A DNA stretch of 64,000 bases from Hyalangium minutum (GCF_000737315.1 NZ_JMCB01000013.1:414919-478918); one strand, 5' to 3'; positions 1 through 8,958 are shown, counted from the first letter of the stretch. The notes: generated by a model from the sequence alone, not told the origin. A program made the numbers and translations.

Positions 1-1276
1 TTACAAGGCGGCGCTCGACAAGCTGCTGCCGCCCGAGGCGACGGAGATCGTCATCTCGGCCACGGGCTCCGATGAGCGCTTCAAGCCCTACGCGCGCTCA
101 CGGGACGAGGAGGAGAGGCTCCTCGATCGCTTCCGCGATCCCAACGATCCGCTGAAGCTCCTCATCGTCACAGCGAAGCTGCTCACGGGCTTCGACGCGC
201 CGATCCTCCAGGTCATGTACCTGGACAAGCCGTTGCGCGACCACACGCTGCTCCAGGCCATCTGCCGTACGAACCGCACGTACGGCGACAAGAAGACTCA
301 CGGCCTCATCGTCGACTACCTCGGTGTGTTCGACGATGTGGCCAAGGCGCTGGAGTTCGACGAGAAGGGCTTCCGCAGCGTCGTCGGCAACATCGAGGGG
401 CTCAAGGCCCAGCTCCCCGAGGCGATGCAGAAGTGCCTCGCGTTCTTCCCCGGGATTGACCGCATGCAGACCGGCTACGAGGGCCTGATAGCGGCGCAGG
501 AGTGCCTGCCGAACAACGACGTGCGCGACGCCTTCGCCGCCGAGTACTCGGTGCTCGGCAAGCTCTGGGAGGCCATCTCGCCTGATCCGATGCTGCTGCC
601 GTTCGAGGTCGACTACCGCTGGCTCACGCAGGTGTACGTCTCGGTCCAGCCGACGAGCGGCACGGGCAAGCTCGTGTGGCACGCGCTCGGCGCGAAGACC
701 ATCGAGCTGATTCACCAGAACGTCCACGTCGAGGCGGTACGCGACGACCTCGAGACGCTGGTGCTCGATGCCGAGCTGCTCGAGGCGGTGATGGGTTCAC
801 CCGACCCGAAGAAGCGGGCCAAGGAGTTCGAGCTCAAGCTCACCGCGCGCCTGCGTAAGCACATGGGCAACCCTCGCTACAAGGCGCTGTCCGAACGCCT
901 CGAGGCGCTCAAGGAGCGACACGAGCAGGGGCTGCTAAACAGCGTGGAGTTCTTGAAGCATCTCCTCGAGCTCGCCCGCGACTTCGTCCGCACCGAGAAG
1001 GACACGCCACCCGAGGAGGACGAAGACCGCGGCAAGGCCGCCCTCACCGAACTGTTCCAGCAGGTGAAGAGCGACAAGACGCCCGTGATGGTCGAGCGCG
1101 TGGTCGCCGACATCGACGAGATCGTGCGACTCGTCCGCTTCCCCGGCTGGCAGAACACGGCGGCCGGCGAGCGCGAGGTGAAGAAGGCCCTCCGCAAGAG
1201 CCTGCTCAAGTACCAACTCCACCAGGACGCCGACCTCTTCGAGCGCGCCTACGGCTACATCCGTCAGTACTACTGA
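1..1276 (+). CDS. hsdR: Type I restriction-modification restriction subunit HsdR, C-terminal part (5' end lies outside the window)
   Basis: Frame is open from base 2. It carries helicase motif V (LLTGFDAP) and motif VI (LLQAICRTNR), followed by a helical C-terminal region typical of HsdR. Confidence 0.9.
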   Translation, partial: YKAALDKLLPPEATEIVISATGSDERFKPYARSRDEEERLLDRFRDPNDPLKLLIVTAKLLTGFDAPILQVMYLDKPLRDHTLLQAICRTNRTYGDKKTHGLIVDYLGVFDDVAKALEFDEKGFRSVVGNIEGLKAQLPEAMQKCLAFFPGIDRMQTGYEGLIAAQECLPNNDVRDAFAAEYSVLGKLWEAISPDPMLLPFEVDYRWLTQVYVSVQPTSGTGKLVWHALGAKTIELIHQNVHVEAVRDDLETLVLDAELLEAVMGSPDPKKRAKEFELKLTARLRKHMGNPRYKALSERLEALKERHEQGLLNSVEFLKHLLELARDFVRTEKDTPPEEDEDRGKAALTELFQQVKSDKTPVMVERVVADIDEIVRLVRFPGWQNTAAGEREVKKALRKSLLKYQLHQDADLFERAYGYIRQYY

Positions 1277-1278
1277 CC

Positions 1279-1404
1279 ATGACGAAGCCGCTGCCGCCGC
1301 TCGTCGCATGGATTCGCCCGCCCGAGCCGATTCGAGGCCTCGACCTTCTCGGCGTGCAGGCTCCGTGCATCGCGCTCTACGGGCAGCTCCTTTCGGGCAT
1401 CACG
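1279..1404 (+). pseudogene. Truncated 5' end of an uncharacterised defence-island gene
   Basis: ATG 2 nt after the hsdR stop. About 42 codons of GC3-rich coding sequence (RGLDLLGVQAPCIALYGQLLSGIT), then abrupt loss of coding character. Confidence 0.55.
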
Positions 1405-1581
1405 GCTCAGCCTCCTCTGAGTGGCAGCGGTTCATCGTCAAGCCTCTCTGTGAGGACCGAGCCCTCACTTCTCACTGGGAGGGCTGGTCGGAATAGGGGC
1501 ACAGGTCGGCAAAGGTAGGCATAGGCTCAAGCAAGGAGGGTGTGGCCATCTCCGGTCCCCCGAGGGGAGCGGCCCGTTCAT

Positions 1582-1603
1582 CGGAGCTAACTGGTTAGCT
1601 CCG
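1582..1603. repeat. Perfect 10-bp inverted repeat at the junction of the two left-hand accessory blocks
   Basis: CGGAGCTAAC-TG-GTTAGCTCCG. Confidence 0.7.
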
Positions 1604-1709
1604 GCCACAGGGCTCGCGCGTCGTTTGTGAGTTCGAGTGACTCGCCTCGTTCCAACACTCGCTGCACCAGTGCCCGAATAGGGTCCCATTTCTCAGGGAG
1701 ACGCGTCAT
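1587..1709 (-). pseudogene. DUSAM (DUF2379-type) domain protein, N-terminal fragment only
   Basis: MTRLPEKWDPIRALVQRVLERGESLELTNDARAL resembles the usual DUSAM N-terminus. Similarity stops at about 1606, followed by a stop codon. The start overlaps the 3' end of the Cys-rich gene. Confidence 0.7.
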
Positions 1710-2601
1710 CTGGACGGCAGGCGAAGGGCGAGTCTGGCCCGCGTTGCTGGCACCGGAACCCTTCCGCGCAGGCCCCTTGTTCCTCAGGGGTGCAACGTGG
1801 GAGGCACTGCCAGACATCGCAGATCTTCCCTGCTCCACAGGGGGGAACACCAGGCCCGCATCGCTCGATGCATTCCATCCACACCGTGTCTGATTGGGTC
1901 GGCTCCGTCAGCGCCCGGCAGGCCTGGCCTTCGGGGCAGGGGCTTTCCCAGCAGGAGGGCCCGTACACCCGTGCGCAGACCGAGGCGCCTTCCGGGAAGA
2001 CGACACAGCGCTGGCCTTGGGCGCACTCTCGTCCTGCGCACGTGGGCAGGCATGTGGGCTCGGGAATTGTCTCCGCACAGAAGAATCCGGTGGGGCACCC
2101 GGTGGACTCGACACCCGGCAGGCACGGGCGGCCGCACCAATGATAGGGATTGCCGCTGCACACCAGCCCGGCAGCGCAAGCGTGCCCTTTGTCCCGCGGG
2201 GCGGGATCACAGAACTCGCCCTCCTGCCGTTCCCCTGGCGGAATGCAGATGCGCACCTGGAGCCCTTGCTCCTTTGTCGCGAGAGCACGGCAGAACTGGC
2301 CCTCTGGGCACTGCGCGTCCGTCAGGCACTGGCTGTCTGTGCAATACGCCTGGTTGTACCGGGCCTCGAACAAGCAGCCCAATGGAGGCTCGCAGTCGGC
2401 GCCCGACATGCACTCGTGGCGGTAGGTCATCAGCCGTAACCTCCGATCGGTATCGAGCATGGGGAGGATGCGCGTGCCGCCGAGGGCTGTGTCCGTTGAC
2501 AGCTCTCGCTCTTGGAGGACCCGGAGGAGCAGGACGAGCGGCAGCGGCAGCAGGAGGCTCAGGCACACCGCAGCGGCTCTGCGACAGCTTGCCTTGTGCA
2601 C
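1693..2601 (-). CDS. Exported or membrane-anchored cysteine-rich repeat protein
   Basis: N-terminal hydrophobic segment (VCLSLLLPLPLVLLL), then 32 Cys in repeated C-x5-C-x5-C-like spacing. Confidence 0.85.
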   Translation of the reverse strand: MHKASCRRAAAVCLSLLLPLPLVLLLRVLQERELSTDTALGGTRILPMLDTDRRLRLMTYRHECMSGADCEPPLGCLFEARYNQAYCTDSQCLTDAQCPEGQFCRALATKEQGLQVRICIPPGERQEGEFCDPAPRDKGHACAAGLVCSGNPYHWCGRPCLPGVESTGCPTGFFCAETIPEPTCLPTCAGRECAQGQRCVVFPEGASVCARVYGPSCWESPCPEGQACRALTEPTQSDTVWMECIERCGPGVPPCGAGKICDVWQCLPRCTPEEQGACAEGFRCQQRGPDSPFACRPDDASP

Positions 2602-2635
2602 CTACGGTCCTCCGCATGGTGTGCACTGACGGCAG

Positions 2636-4075
2636 TCACTGCGGATGGGGACGGCCCGCGCCCGAGGTGGACGGACGGCCCTGCTTGCCGGGAAGCACGG
2701 GCACGTAGCACGCCTGCTGGTACATCTGGCCGCCAAGGACATCGCACTCCCCGTTGCTCACCTTCGTGCGGGCCCAGCAGCCTCCGTTGAGCACCACCTG
2801 CTGGGGGTGAGGGCAGCGGCCTTTCTTGTCGGGCTGGGCTTGCCCCTCGGAGGGCTCGGGGAGACTCTCCGCCACGGCCCGCGTGGAGTCGAGCGAAGGA
2901 GCTGGCTCCAAGGGAGCGGAGGCCGCCTCCCCGAGCCCTGCGGTGTCCGTCTCGGCCGCTTCCGGCGTGGCGCTCAGGGGCACGGCGGGAGCCGCCCGAG
3001 GAGGCTCCTCGCCCACCGACTGCGGCGCTTGCTGCACGAGAGCTCCGGCCCACAAGCCCAGGGCACCCGCGGCCACCACGAGCCAGGGCCGCCACACGGG
3101 CTCTGGAGGAGCGCGCCGCGCCCCCATCGCGTCCGCTCGGCCTGCTTCGGGCTGAGGAGCACGCAGGCTCGGGGACGAGGGGCCGAGCGCCTCCGCGGCC
3201 TGCTCCAGCGCGGGGGTCAGCTTGGCCGCGGTGGGGCGCTCCTCGGGGAGAATGGCGAGCATGCGCAGGATCAGCTCGCGCAGCGGCGGCGCCACCCGGT
3301 CGGAGAACAAGGCGCGCGGCAGCTTGAGCGCATCCAGGTGGGCGCGGCCCTGTTCATCCTTCCGAGGCACGCCCATCTCCGGGTACCTGCCGGTGGCCAG
3401 CACGCAGGCAGTGACGCCCAGGGCGAACACATCATCCGCAGGCCCGGCCCGGTATCGCTCTGAGGCCTGGTGTGGCTGCAGGGTGAAGAGCCAGGCCTCG
3501 GGAGAGCGGTACGCGGGAGTGCCCGGAGGCAACTGCTGCGGGGTGAGCGTATCGGCACCGGGGTAGATGCTGGAGCCGAAGTCCATGAGGAACAGGCGGC
3601 AGTCCCAGCGGCGCACCAGGAGGTTGTCGCCCTTGAAGTCGCGGTGGAGCGCGTCCTGGGCATGGAGGTACTGGAGGGTGAGCGCGGCCTGGGCCAGCAG
3701 GCGGAGTTGCTGCTGAGCCGAGGGGCGGAACATGCGGCCCCAGTCGTACAGGGGCACGCCGTCGATCCACTGCATGGCCACGAAAGGGTGCCGAGCGCCC
3801 TCTGGGCTCACCCAGAGGCCAGCGCCCACGAGCCGGGGAATGTGGGGGTGGTGCGAGCGGGACAGCAGCTCCTGCTCTCGGAGGTAGCGCGGGTCCTCGG
3901 GGAGCACGGCGAGCTTGAGGGCCACGGGAGGCAGGTGCTCCCGGCCGATGCGCTCGGCGCGGTAGACGGCGCCGTTGACGCCCCGTCCGGCCCATTCCAG
4001 GACACGGAAGGGGCCCACGGGGGTGCCGGGAGGGAGCGCAGCGGGGTGGAGCGAGGACAGGGAGGAGCTCGACAT
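2636..4075 (-). CDS. Membrane-bound Hanks-type Ser/Thr protein kinase (myxobacterial expanded family)
   Basis: Gly loop GRGVNGAVY, VALK, HRDFKGDN, DFG and GTPAYRSPE are present. One TM segment (WLVVAAGALGLWAGALV) and a 4-Cys C-terminal domain follow. Confidence 0.93.
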   Translation of the reverse strand: MSSSSLSSLHPAALPPGTPVGPFRVLEWAGRGVNGAVYRAERIGREHLPPVALKLAVLPEDPRYLREQELLSRSHHPHIPRLVGAGLWVSPEGARHPFVAMQWIDGVPLYDWGRMFRPSAQQQLRLLAQAALTLQYLHAQDALHRDFKGDNLLVRRWDCRLFLMDFGSSIYPGADTLTPQQLPPGTPAYRSPEAWLFTLQPHQASERYRAGPADDVFALGVTACVLATGRYPEMGVPRKDEQGRAHLDALKLPRALFSDRVAPPLRELILRMLAILPEERPTAAKLTPALEQAAEALGPSSPSLRAPQPEAGRADAMGARRAPPEPVWRPWLVVAAGALGLWAGALVQQAPQSVGEEPPRAAPAVPLSATPEAAETDTAGLGEAASAPLEPAPSLDSTRAVAESLPEPSEGQAQPDKKGRCPHPQQVVLNGGCWARTKVSNGECDVLGGQMYQQACYVPVLPGKQGRPSTSGAGRPHPQ

Positions 4076-4186
4076 GGGTGCGCGGCATCCTACCTCAGAG
4101 GTAGGTTCCCGTCACCCACCGTGAGGCGCAGGCCGAGGTGAGTCTTCAAGGCGTCACAACACACGGCCTCTACGACTTCATATCCA

Positions 4187-5215
4187 TCAAGGGGACCTGG
4201 GCCTCGCCAACGTCTTCCGCATCGTCACCGCGCGTGCGTTGCGTATCAGCCTGTCAATCACGAGCTGCGAATGGAAGGTGCTGATACACACAGTCTTGAG
4301 GCCCCTGGCGGGCCGCTTGCCATGAATGATTCCCACCAACCAACGCTCCCCCGATTCGTCTTCCTGAAAGCAGGGCCCGCCACTATCACCCTCCTCGATA
4401 TGGGCCGTGTTCTGCTTGTCAGAAGCATACTCGGTATGTTGCTCGTCGGTCGACGGGAGCTCTTTATACTCCTCCAGATGAATGTCCGTGACCTTGGTGG
4501 TGCCGAAATGGCGGATAGCTGAGAAGTACTTGCCATTCACCACCGTGCTGCCAAAGCCAACCACGAGGACGTTTTCCCCTTGCTCAAGCTTGCGCGAAGG
4601 GAATTTGTGCGCAATGGGGACTTTGATTTCGTGATTCAGCCGAATCACGGCAAGATCCGCCCGGAAAGACGTGATGGAGCCATTTCCATCAATCCCCATC
4701 CTGAACTCCTCTGGCAACAACGCAACGCCAGGAAATTCAATGAAATTCGACGAAGAGTCCTGGATGAAGCCGGAGCGCGAATTCGTGAGGGTCGGTGTAT
4801 ACTTCAGCACCATGGTGTTCTTGGCGCAGGCTTCCCTGTCGATGACCTTGTCTTTGAGAGCCGTGTCATTGTTCTTCGAGGCCTCAAACCGGGCATTCTC
4901 AACAGCTTGGGCACACAAACAATGGGCTGCGGTCAGGACCAGGTCGCTCTCGATCAGAACGCCCGTGCAATAGGTGACGGCCGCCACCTTCGCGCCGGGG
5001 TGTATGACACGGTTCCCGATCAGCACGACCGCTGGGTACAGATTGTCGTAGTCTGGAGAGCCACGCGACACTGCGAGCTGGATTTCAGCGGGCGGCGTTC
5101 CCTCTCCTAGCTCTATCCAGGCCTCCGTCCACTTCCCGGAGGCGCACGCACTCACCACCAGCGAGACAGCGGCAAGCCCGGCCGCCACCATAGGTCGCGA
5201 CATCCACGAACGCAT
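4187..5215 (-). CDS. Trypsin-like (S1) serine protease lipoprotein, catalytic triad intact
   Basis: Lipobox-like LVVSAC. Triad motifs TAAHC, ADLAVIRL and GDSGGP. Lower GC than the neighbouring kinase. Confidence 0.88.
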   Translation of the reverse strand: MRSWMSRPMVAAGLAAVSLVVSACASGKWTEAWIELGEGTPPAEIQLAVSRGSPDYDNLYPAVVLIGNRVIHPGAKVAAVTYCTGVLIESDLVLTAAHCLCAQAVENARFEASKNNDTALKDKVIDREACAKNTMVLKYTPTLTNSRSGFIQDSSSNFIEFPGVALLPEEFRMGIDGNGSITSFRADLAVIRLNHEIKVPIAHKFPSRKLEQGENVLVVGFGSTVVNGKYFSAIRHFGTTKVTDIHLEEYKELPSTDEQHTEYASDKQNTAHIEEGDSGGPCFQEDESGERWLVGIIHGKRPARGLKTVCISTFHSQLVIDRLIRNARAVTMRKTLARPRSP

Positions 5216-5224
5216 ACACCCCTC

Positions 5225-6130
5225 CTACTGAGCTGCGCGCCGGATCTCCGACCGTATCCAATCGCCAAAGAAGACGGTGCTCATCAACGGTAATTCTTTC
5301 TCCGTTCCGGCACTGGCAATGCCGACGAGCTTGCGGTCATTTCCCTCTTCGCGAAAGCAGGGCCCCCCATCGAAACCGTTGTAGGTAAAGGGGCCTTGCT
5401 GCTCATAGATGAACCTGCCATTGGACGGCTCTTGAGGGGTGACAACCTTGTTGGTCCGGTAATACCGGGCCCCATAGAGCCCTCCCTTGTCTTTGTCGTA
5501 TCCAAAGCCGGCCATGACAAGGGGTTCACCTGTCTGAACTTCCATCTCCGCGAGGCTGGCGATGGGAGTTCCGGGCTTTATGGGCTCATCGAGGCGGATG
5601 ACCGCGAGATTCGCATGGGCTGACAAGACCGCCCCACTGGCGTCAAAAACAAGTTGCAGCTCAGGGTGGGGGTGAATTGTCCCGGGGTATACGTGCACTT
5701 TGACATCCGCGATCAAGGTACTTCCCACCGGCCCTTGGAAGACTGTCATCGCGTTGATGGTCCCATGACATGTCGAGCGATTGATGCTTCGTGTGTTCGC
5801 CGTGGGTTTGCAAACGCAATGGCCTGCGGTCAGGACCAGATTCGGGCTGACGATGACGCCGCTGCATTCCGCCAGTTCCAAAGGGCCCTTGGCTGTGACC
5901 ATGACGGTGGATGCGTACGTGTTCTCGGAATCCCTCGTGCCTGCATCCTGGAGAGGCCTGCTATCGGCTGGCGCGATCGTGATGGCTTCGAGTCCACCAT
6001 CGCGTGGCTGCGGAGGTTCCGGAGGGGGGCGCTCGCTCGCTTTGGGGGGCTGCCCGAGACCCTGGTAATACACGGTGCCTGCGACAGTGAGCGTGAGGAC
6101 TCCAAGAATCAGCCATCGGGTTCTGTTCAT
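5225..6130 (-). CDS. Trypsin-like protease homolog with a degenerate triad (pseudo-protease), N-terminal anchor
   Basis: Likely start MNRTRWLILGV at 6130. TAGHC is kept, but ANLAVIRL (Asp to Asn) and GFDGGP (Ser to Asp) are changed. Its stop overlaps the RBS of the next gene. Confidence 0.85.
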   Translation of the reverse strand: MNRTRWLILGVLTLTVAGTVYYQGLGQPPKASERPPPEPPQPRDGGLEAITIAPADSRPLQDAGTRDSENTYASTVMVTAKGPLELAECSGVIVSPNLVLTAGHCVCKPTANTRSINRSTCHGTINAMTVFQGPVGSTLIADVKVHVYPGTIHPHPELQLVFDASGAVLSAHANLAVIRLDEPIKPGTPIASLAEMEVQTGEPLVMAGFGYDKDKGGLYGARYYRTNKVVTPQEPSNGRFIYEQQGPFTYNGFDGGPCFREEGNDRKLVGIASAGTEKELPLMSTVFFGDWIRSEIRRAAQ

Positions 6131-6207
6131 GAAGAATCCTATCGAGGAACTCCTCGCCCAGAGGATAGGCCCTCCAAACCCGCCCAGGTCAAGGAAGGTT
6201 GGGACGG

Positions 6208-6393
6208 GCCCAGTCCAGGACACGGAAGGGGCCCACGAGGGTGCCGGGAGGGAGGGTCCTCCGTCAGCAGGGCCACCTTGAGGGCCACGGGAGGCAGGTG
6301 CCCCTGGCTGATGCGGACGGCTCGGTAGACTGCACCATGGACGCTGCGGTTGACCCAGTCCACCACGCGCCAGGGGCCTACGGTAGACTGCGG
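6208..6393 (-). pseudogene. Two abutting remnants of Ser/Thr kinase 5' ends
   Basis: 6208-6254 matches kinase 3990-4036 at 45 of 47 nt. 6255-6393 encodes PQSTVGPWRVVDWVNRSVHGAVYRAVRISQGHLPPVALKVALLTEDP, a paralogous kinase N-terminus. Confidence 0.85.
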
Positions 6394-6398
6394 GCTCC

Positions 6399-6950
6399 AT
6401 GAGCCAGACGATCTACGACATCCCCGTGAAGTCTATCGGCGGTGCCCCACTCACGCTGGATGCGTACAAGGGCAAGGTGCTGCTGGTGGTGAACGTGGCC
6501 TCCAAGTGTGGGCTCACGCCTCAGTATGAAGGACTGGAGAAGCTCTACGAGGGTCAGAGCGAGAAGGGACTGGAGGTGCTGGGCTTCCCGGCCAACAACT
6601 TCCTCGGCCAAGAGCCGGGCTCCGATGAGGAGATCCAGCAGTTCTGCAAGCTGACCTACGACGTGAAGTTCCCGCTCTTCTCCAAGATCTCCGTGGTGGG
6701 CGTCGATCAGCATCCGCTCTACGCGCGACTCACCCACTCGTTGCCGGCCGCCACGGGTGAAGGGCCGATGCGGGCGAAATTGAAGAACTACGGCCTCAAG
6801 CCCAACCCAGTGCCGGACGTGCTCTGGAACTTCGAAAAGTTCCTGATCAGCCGGGACGGCCGCGTGGTGGGCCGCTTCGCTCCGGATGTCACGGCGGACG
6901 ATCCGCGCCTGACTCAGGCGATCGATGCGGAGTTGGCCAAGTCGGCCTGA
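6399..6950 (+). CDS. btuE: Glutathione/thioredoxin peroxidase
   Basis: NVASKCGLTPQY, GFPANNF and WNFEKFL motifs. Confidence 0.93.
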   Translation: MSQTIYDIPVKSIGGAPLTLDAYKGKVLLVVNVASKCGLTPQYEGLEKLYEGQSEKGLEVLGFPANNFLGQEPGSDEEIQQFCKLTYDVKFPLFSKISVVGVDQHPLYARLTHSLPAATGEGPMRAKLKNYGLKPNPVPDVLWNFEKFLISRDGRVVGRFAPDVTADDPRLTQAIDAELAKSA

Positions 6951-6962
6951 GTCGGCCCTTCG

Positions 6963-7439
6963 ATGCCGTCGCATCAGCGGAAGAACCCGAAGAGGACACG
7001 TTCTGCCCGAGGCTTGACCCAGGCAGATGTCCGCGAGCTGGCCCTGGCCCTACCTGCCGTGGAGGAGCGGACCTCCTACGGCACGCCGGGCTTCCGGGTG
7101 AGTGACAAGCTCTTCGCGCGGGTGCTCGATGAAGAGTCAATCGTCATCAAGGTGGAGTTCGATCACCGGGAGGCCTTGCTTCAGGCCCACCCGGATAGCT
7201 TCGAGGTGACGCCGCACTACCAGGACTACCCGATGGTGATCGTGCGGCTCGGCGCGGTGAAGCGCGAGTTGATGCGCGCGCTCCTCAAGGAAGCCTGGCG
7301 CATGTGCGCCTCGCCCAGGCTGCTCAAGGCCCAGGCGACTCCGGAGTCCGCTTCCCTCACTTCTGGATCGAGGCGGGGTCCATCCACACCACCTCCCAGT
7401 GGTGCCCGTCGAGGTCGTAGAAGCTCCAGCCGTACATGA
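6963..7439 (+). CDS. MmcQ/YjbR family protein
   Basis: TSYGTPGFRVSDKLFAR ... FEVTPHYQDYPMVIVRL ... LLKEAWR. The 3' end overlaps the convergent VOC gene. Confidence 0.8.
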   Translation: MPSHQRKNPKRTRSARGLTQADVRELALALPAVEERTSYGTPGFRVSDKLFARVLDEESIVIKVEFDHREALLQAHPDSFEVTPHYQDYPMVIVRLGAVKRELMRALLKEAWRMCASPRLLKAQATPESASLTSGSRRGPSTPPPSGARRGRRSSSRT

Positions 7440-7773
7440 AGCCGTGGTCGATCGGGTCGGCCGCGTGCTTTCCGCCCGCAGCGATCGCCTTCTTGACGAC
7501 CTCGTCCACGTCGGCGCGGCTGTTGGCCGAGAGCGCGAAGATGCCCCCGGTGGAGGTGCGGGCATCGGAGAGCGGCTTCCGCGCGAAGTCCTTGAAGCGC
7601 GCCTCAGTGAGGAGCATCACGTAGGCCTCCTCGCTGAGGATCATGCTGGTGGCGGTGTCGTCGGTGAACTGCGCGTTGAACCCGAACCCGAGCTGGGTAA
7701 AGAACTCGATCGACTTCTTCAGGTCCTTGACGGGCAGGTTGACGAAGATCTTGCAGGTACGGTTCGCAGCCAT
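7357..7773 (-). CDS. VOC (glyoxalase/bleomycin resistance) family protein
   Basis: IFVNLPVKDLKKSIEFF ... MYGWSFYDLDGHHWEV. Start taken at MAANR. Confidence 0.9.
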   Translation of the reverse strand: MAANRTCKIFVNLPVKDLKKSIEFFTQLGFGFNAQFTDDTATSMILSEEAYVMLLTEARFKDFARKPLSDARTSTGGIFALSANSRADVDEVVKKAIAAGGKHAADPIDHGFMYGWSFYDLDGHHWEVVWMDPASIQK

Positions 7774-7829
7774 GGGTGCCTCCATCGGAAGGGGTTTGTC
7801 CTACTAGAGACGGCCAGGGGCGCGAGAAC

Positions 7830-8816
7830 TCATCGGTCGCCCTGAAAAAAAGAATCCCCATCGATAGGGGCAAGCTCCAGCGGAAGACCGAAGAGCGGGA
7901 AGAGCGCCTGGGTGTCCAGGAACGAGTTCATGGCGGCGATCCGGTCACCCTCGAGCTCCAGCACGATGAGCGCCCACGCCTGGTGGCGGCCCCCGGGGAC
8001 ACTGGGCGGCCGGTACTGGCCGAAGGCGGGCGAGCCGCAGGCCGAGGTGGGGATCAGCCTGGACCCGCGGCAGCCTGAGCCTCTCCCCAACAGCCAGTCC
8101 CGAATCGGCTGGTGGCCCTGGAGCCACAGCGCGTAGGGCGGCATCGACAAGGTTGCTTCCTGGTGGAGCAGCGTGGTGAGTGCGTCCACGTCGTACCGCT
8201 CGAAGGCCTCGACGTAGCGGTTCACCAGTGTGGCCTGCGAGTCGGACAACGGCGCGCGGGACTGGGTGAGGTCGCGAGTGGAGAGCGTCGCCCGGGCCCG
8301 CTGGAGCGCGCTGTTGACCGCAGCGACCGACATCTCGAGGCTGTCGGCGGCCTCAGCGGCGGACCAGCCGAGGACCTCGGTCAGGAGCAGCACCGCGCGC
8401 TGCCGGGGAGGGAGGTGCTGGAGCGCCGCCACGAACGCGAGGCGGATGCTCTGGCGCAGCATCACGAGCTCGGACGGATCGGCGTCCGAAGGCAGGGCTC
8501 TCGCATCGGGGATGGGCTCAATCCAGTGAGAGCCGGGCAGGGAGGTGAGCGTGTCCTCGACGGTGCCGACGGGGCCGAGCTCCATGGGGCGTACCCGCCG
8601 CGAGCGGTCATTCAGCGCGTCCAGGCACACGCGCGTGGCAATGCTGTAGAGCCAGGTGCGCATGGAAGAGCGCTCCTCGAAGCGGTCGAGGTTGCGCCAG
8701 GCCCGGACCAGGGTCTCCTGAACGGCGTCATCGGCTTCGGCAGCCGAGCCCAGCATGCGGTAGCAGTGGCCGGTCAGCGCGGCGCGGTGTTCCTCGAAGG
8801 ATGCGGCGGTAGCCAT
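7830..8816 (-). CDS. ECF sigma factor with a C-terminal SnoaL-like extension (SigG/ECF56-like)
   Basis: Region 2 ([15 protein letters not shown]), WIEPIPD linker, region 4 ([11 protein letters not shown]) and an NTF2/SnoaL tail. Start taken at [10 protein letters not shown]. Confidence 0.88.
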   Translation of the reverse strand: MATAASFEEHRAALTGHCYRMLGSAAEADDAVQETLVRAWRNLDRFEERSSMRTWLYSIATRVCLDALNDRSRRVRPMELGPVGTVEDTLTSLPGSHWIEPIPDARALPSDADPSELVMLRQSIRLAFVAALQHLPPRQRAVLLLTEVLGWSAAEAADSLEMSVAAVNSALQRARATLSTRDLTQSRAPLSDSQATLVNRYVEAFERYDVDALTTLLHQEATLSMPPYALWLQGHQPIRDWLLGRGSGCRGSRLIPTSACGSPAFGQYRPPSVPGGRHQAWALIVLELEGDRIAAMNSFLDTQALFPLFGLPLELAPIDGDSFFQGDR

Positions 8817-8958
8817 CGCGCTGAGATCTATCAGGTCCCACCTCTTGAGTAGGGACATTGAGGAGGGACAGAGCAGCTCGGCTGCCTGCCTGGCGGGGCA
8901 GCAGCGGGTGGGACTTCCACCCCTACCGTCCACCAAGGAGACGTCCCATCGTTTGGCC

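Noticed and set aside
6131-6400. 90-aa N-terminal extension of the pseudo-protease ORF
   Set aside because: It is out-of-frame read-through of kinase remnants. The signal-anchor start at 6130 is more credible.
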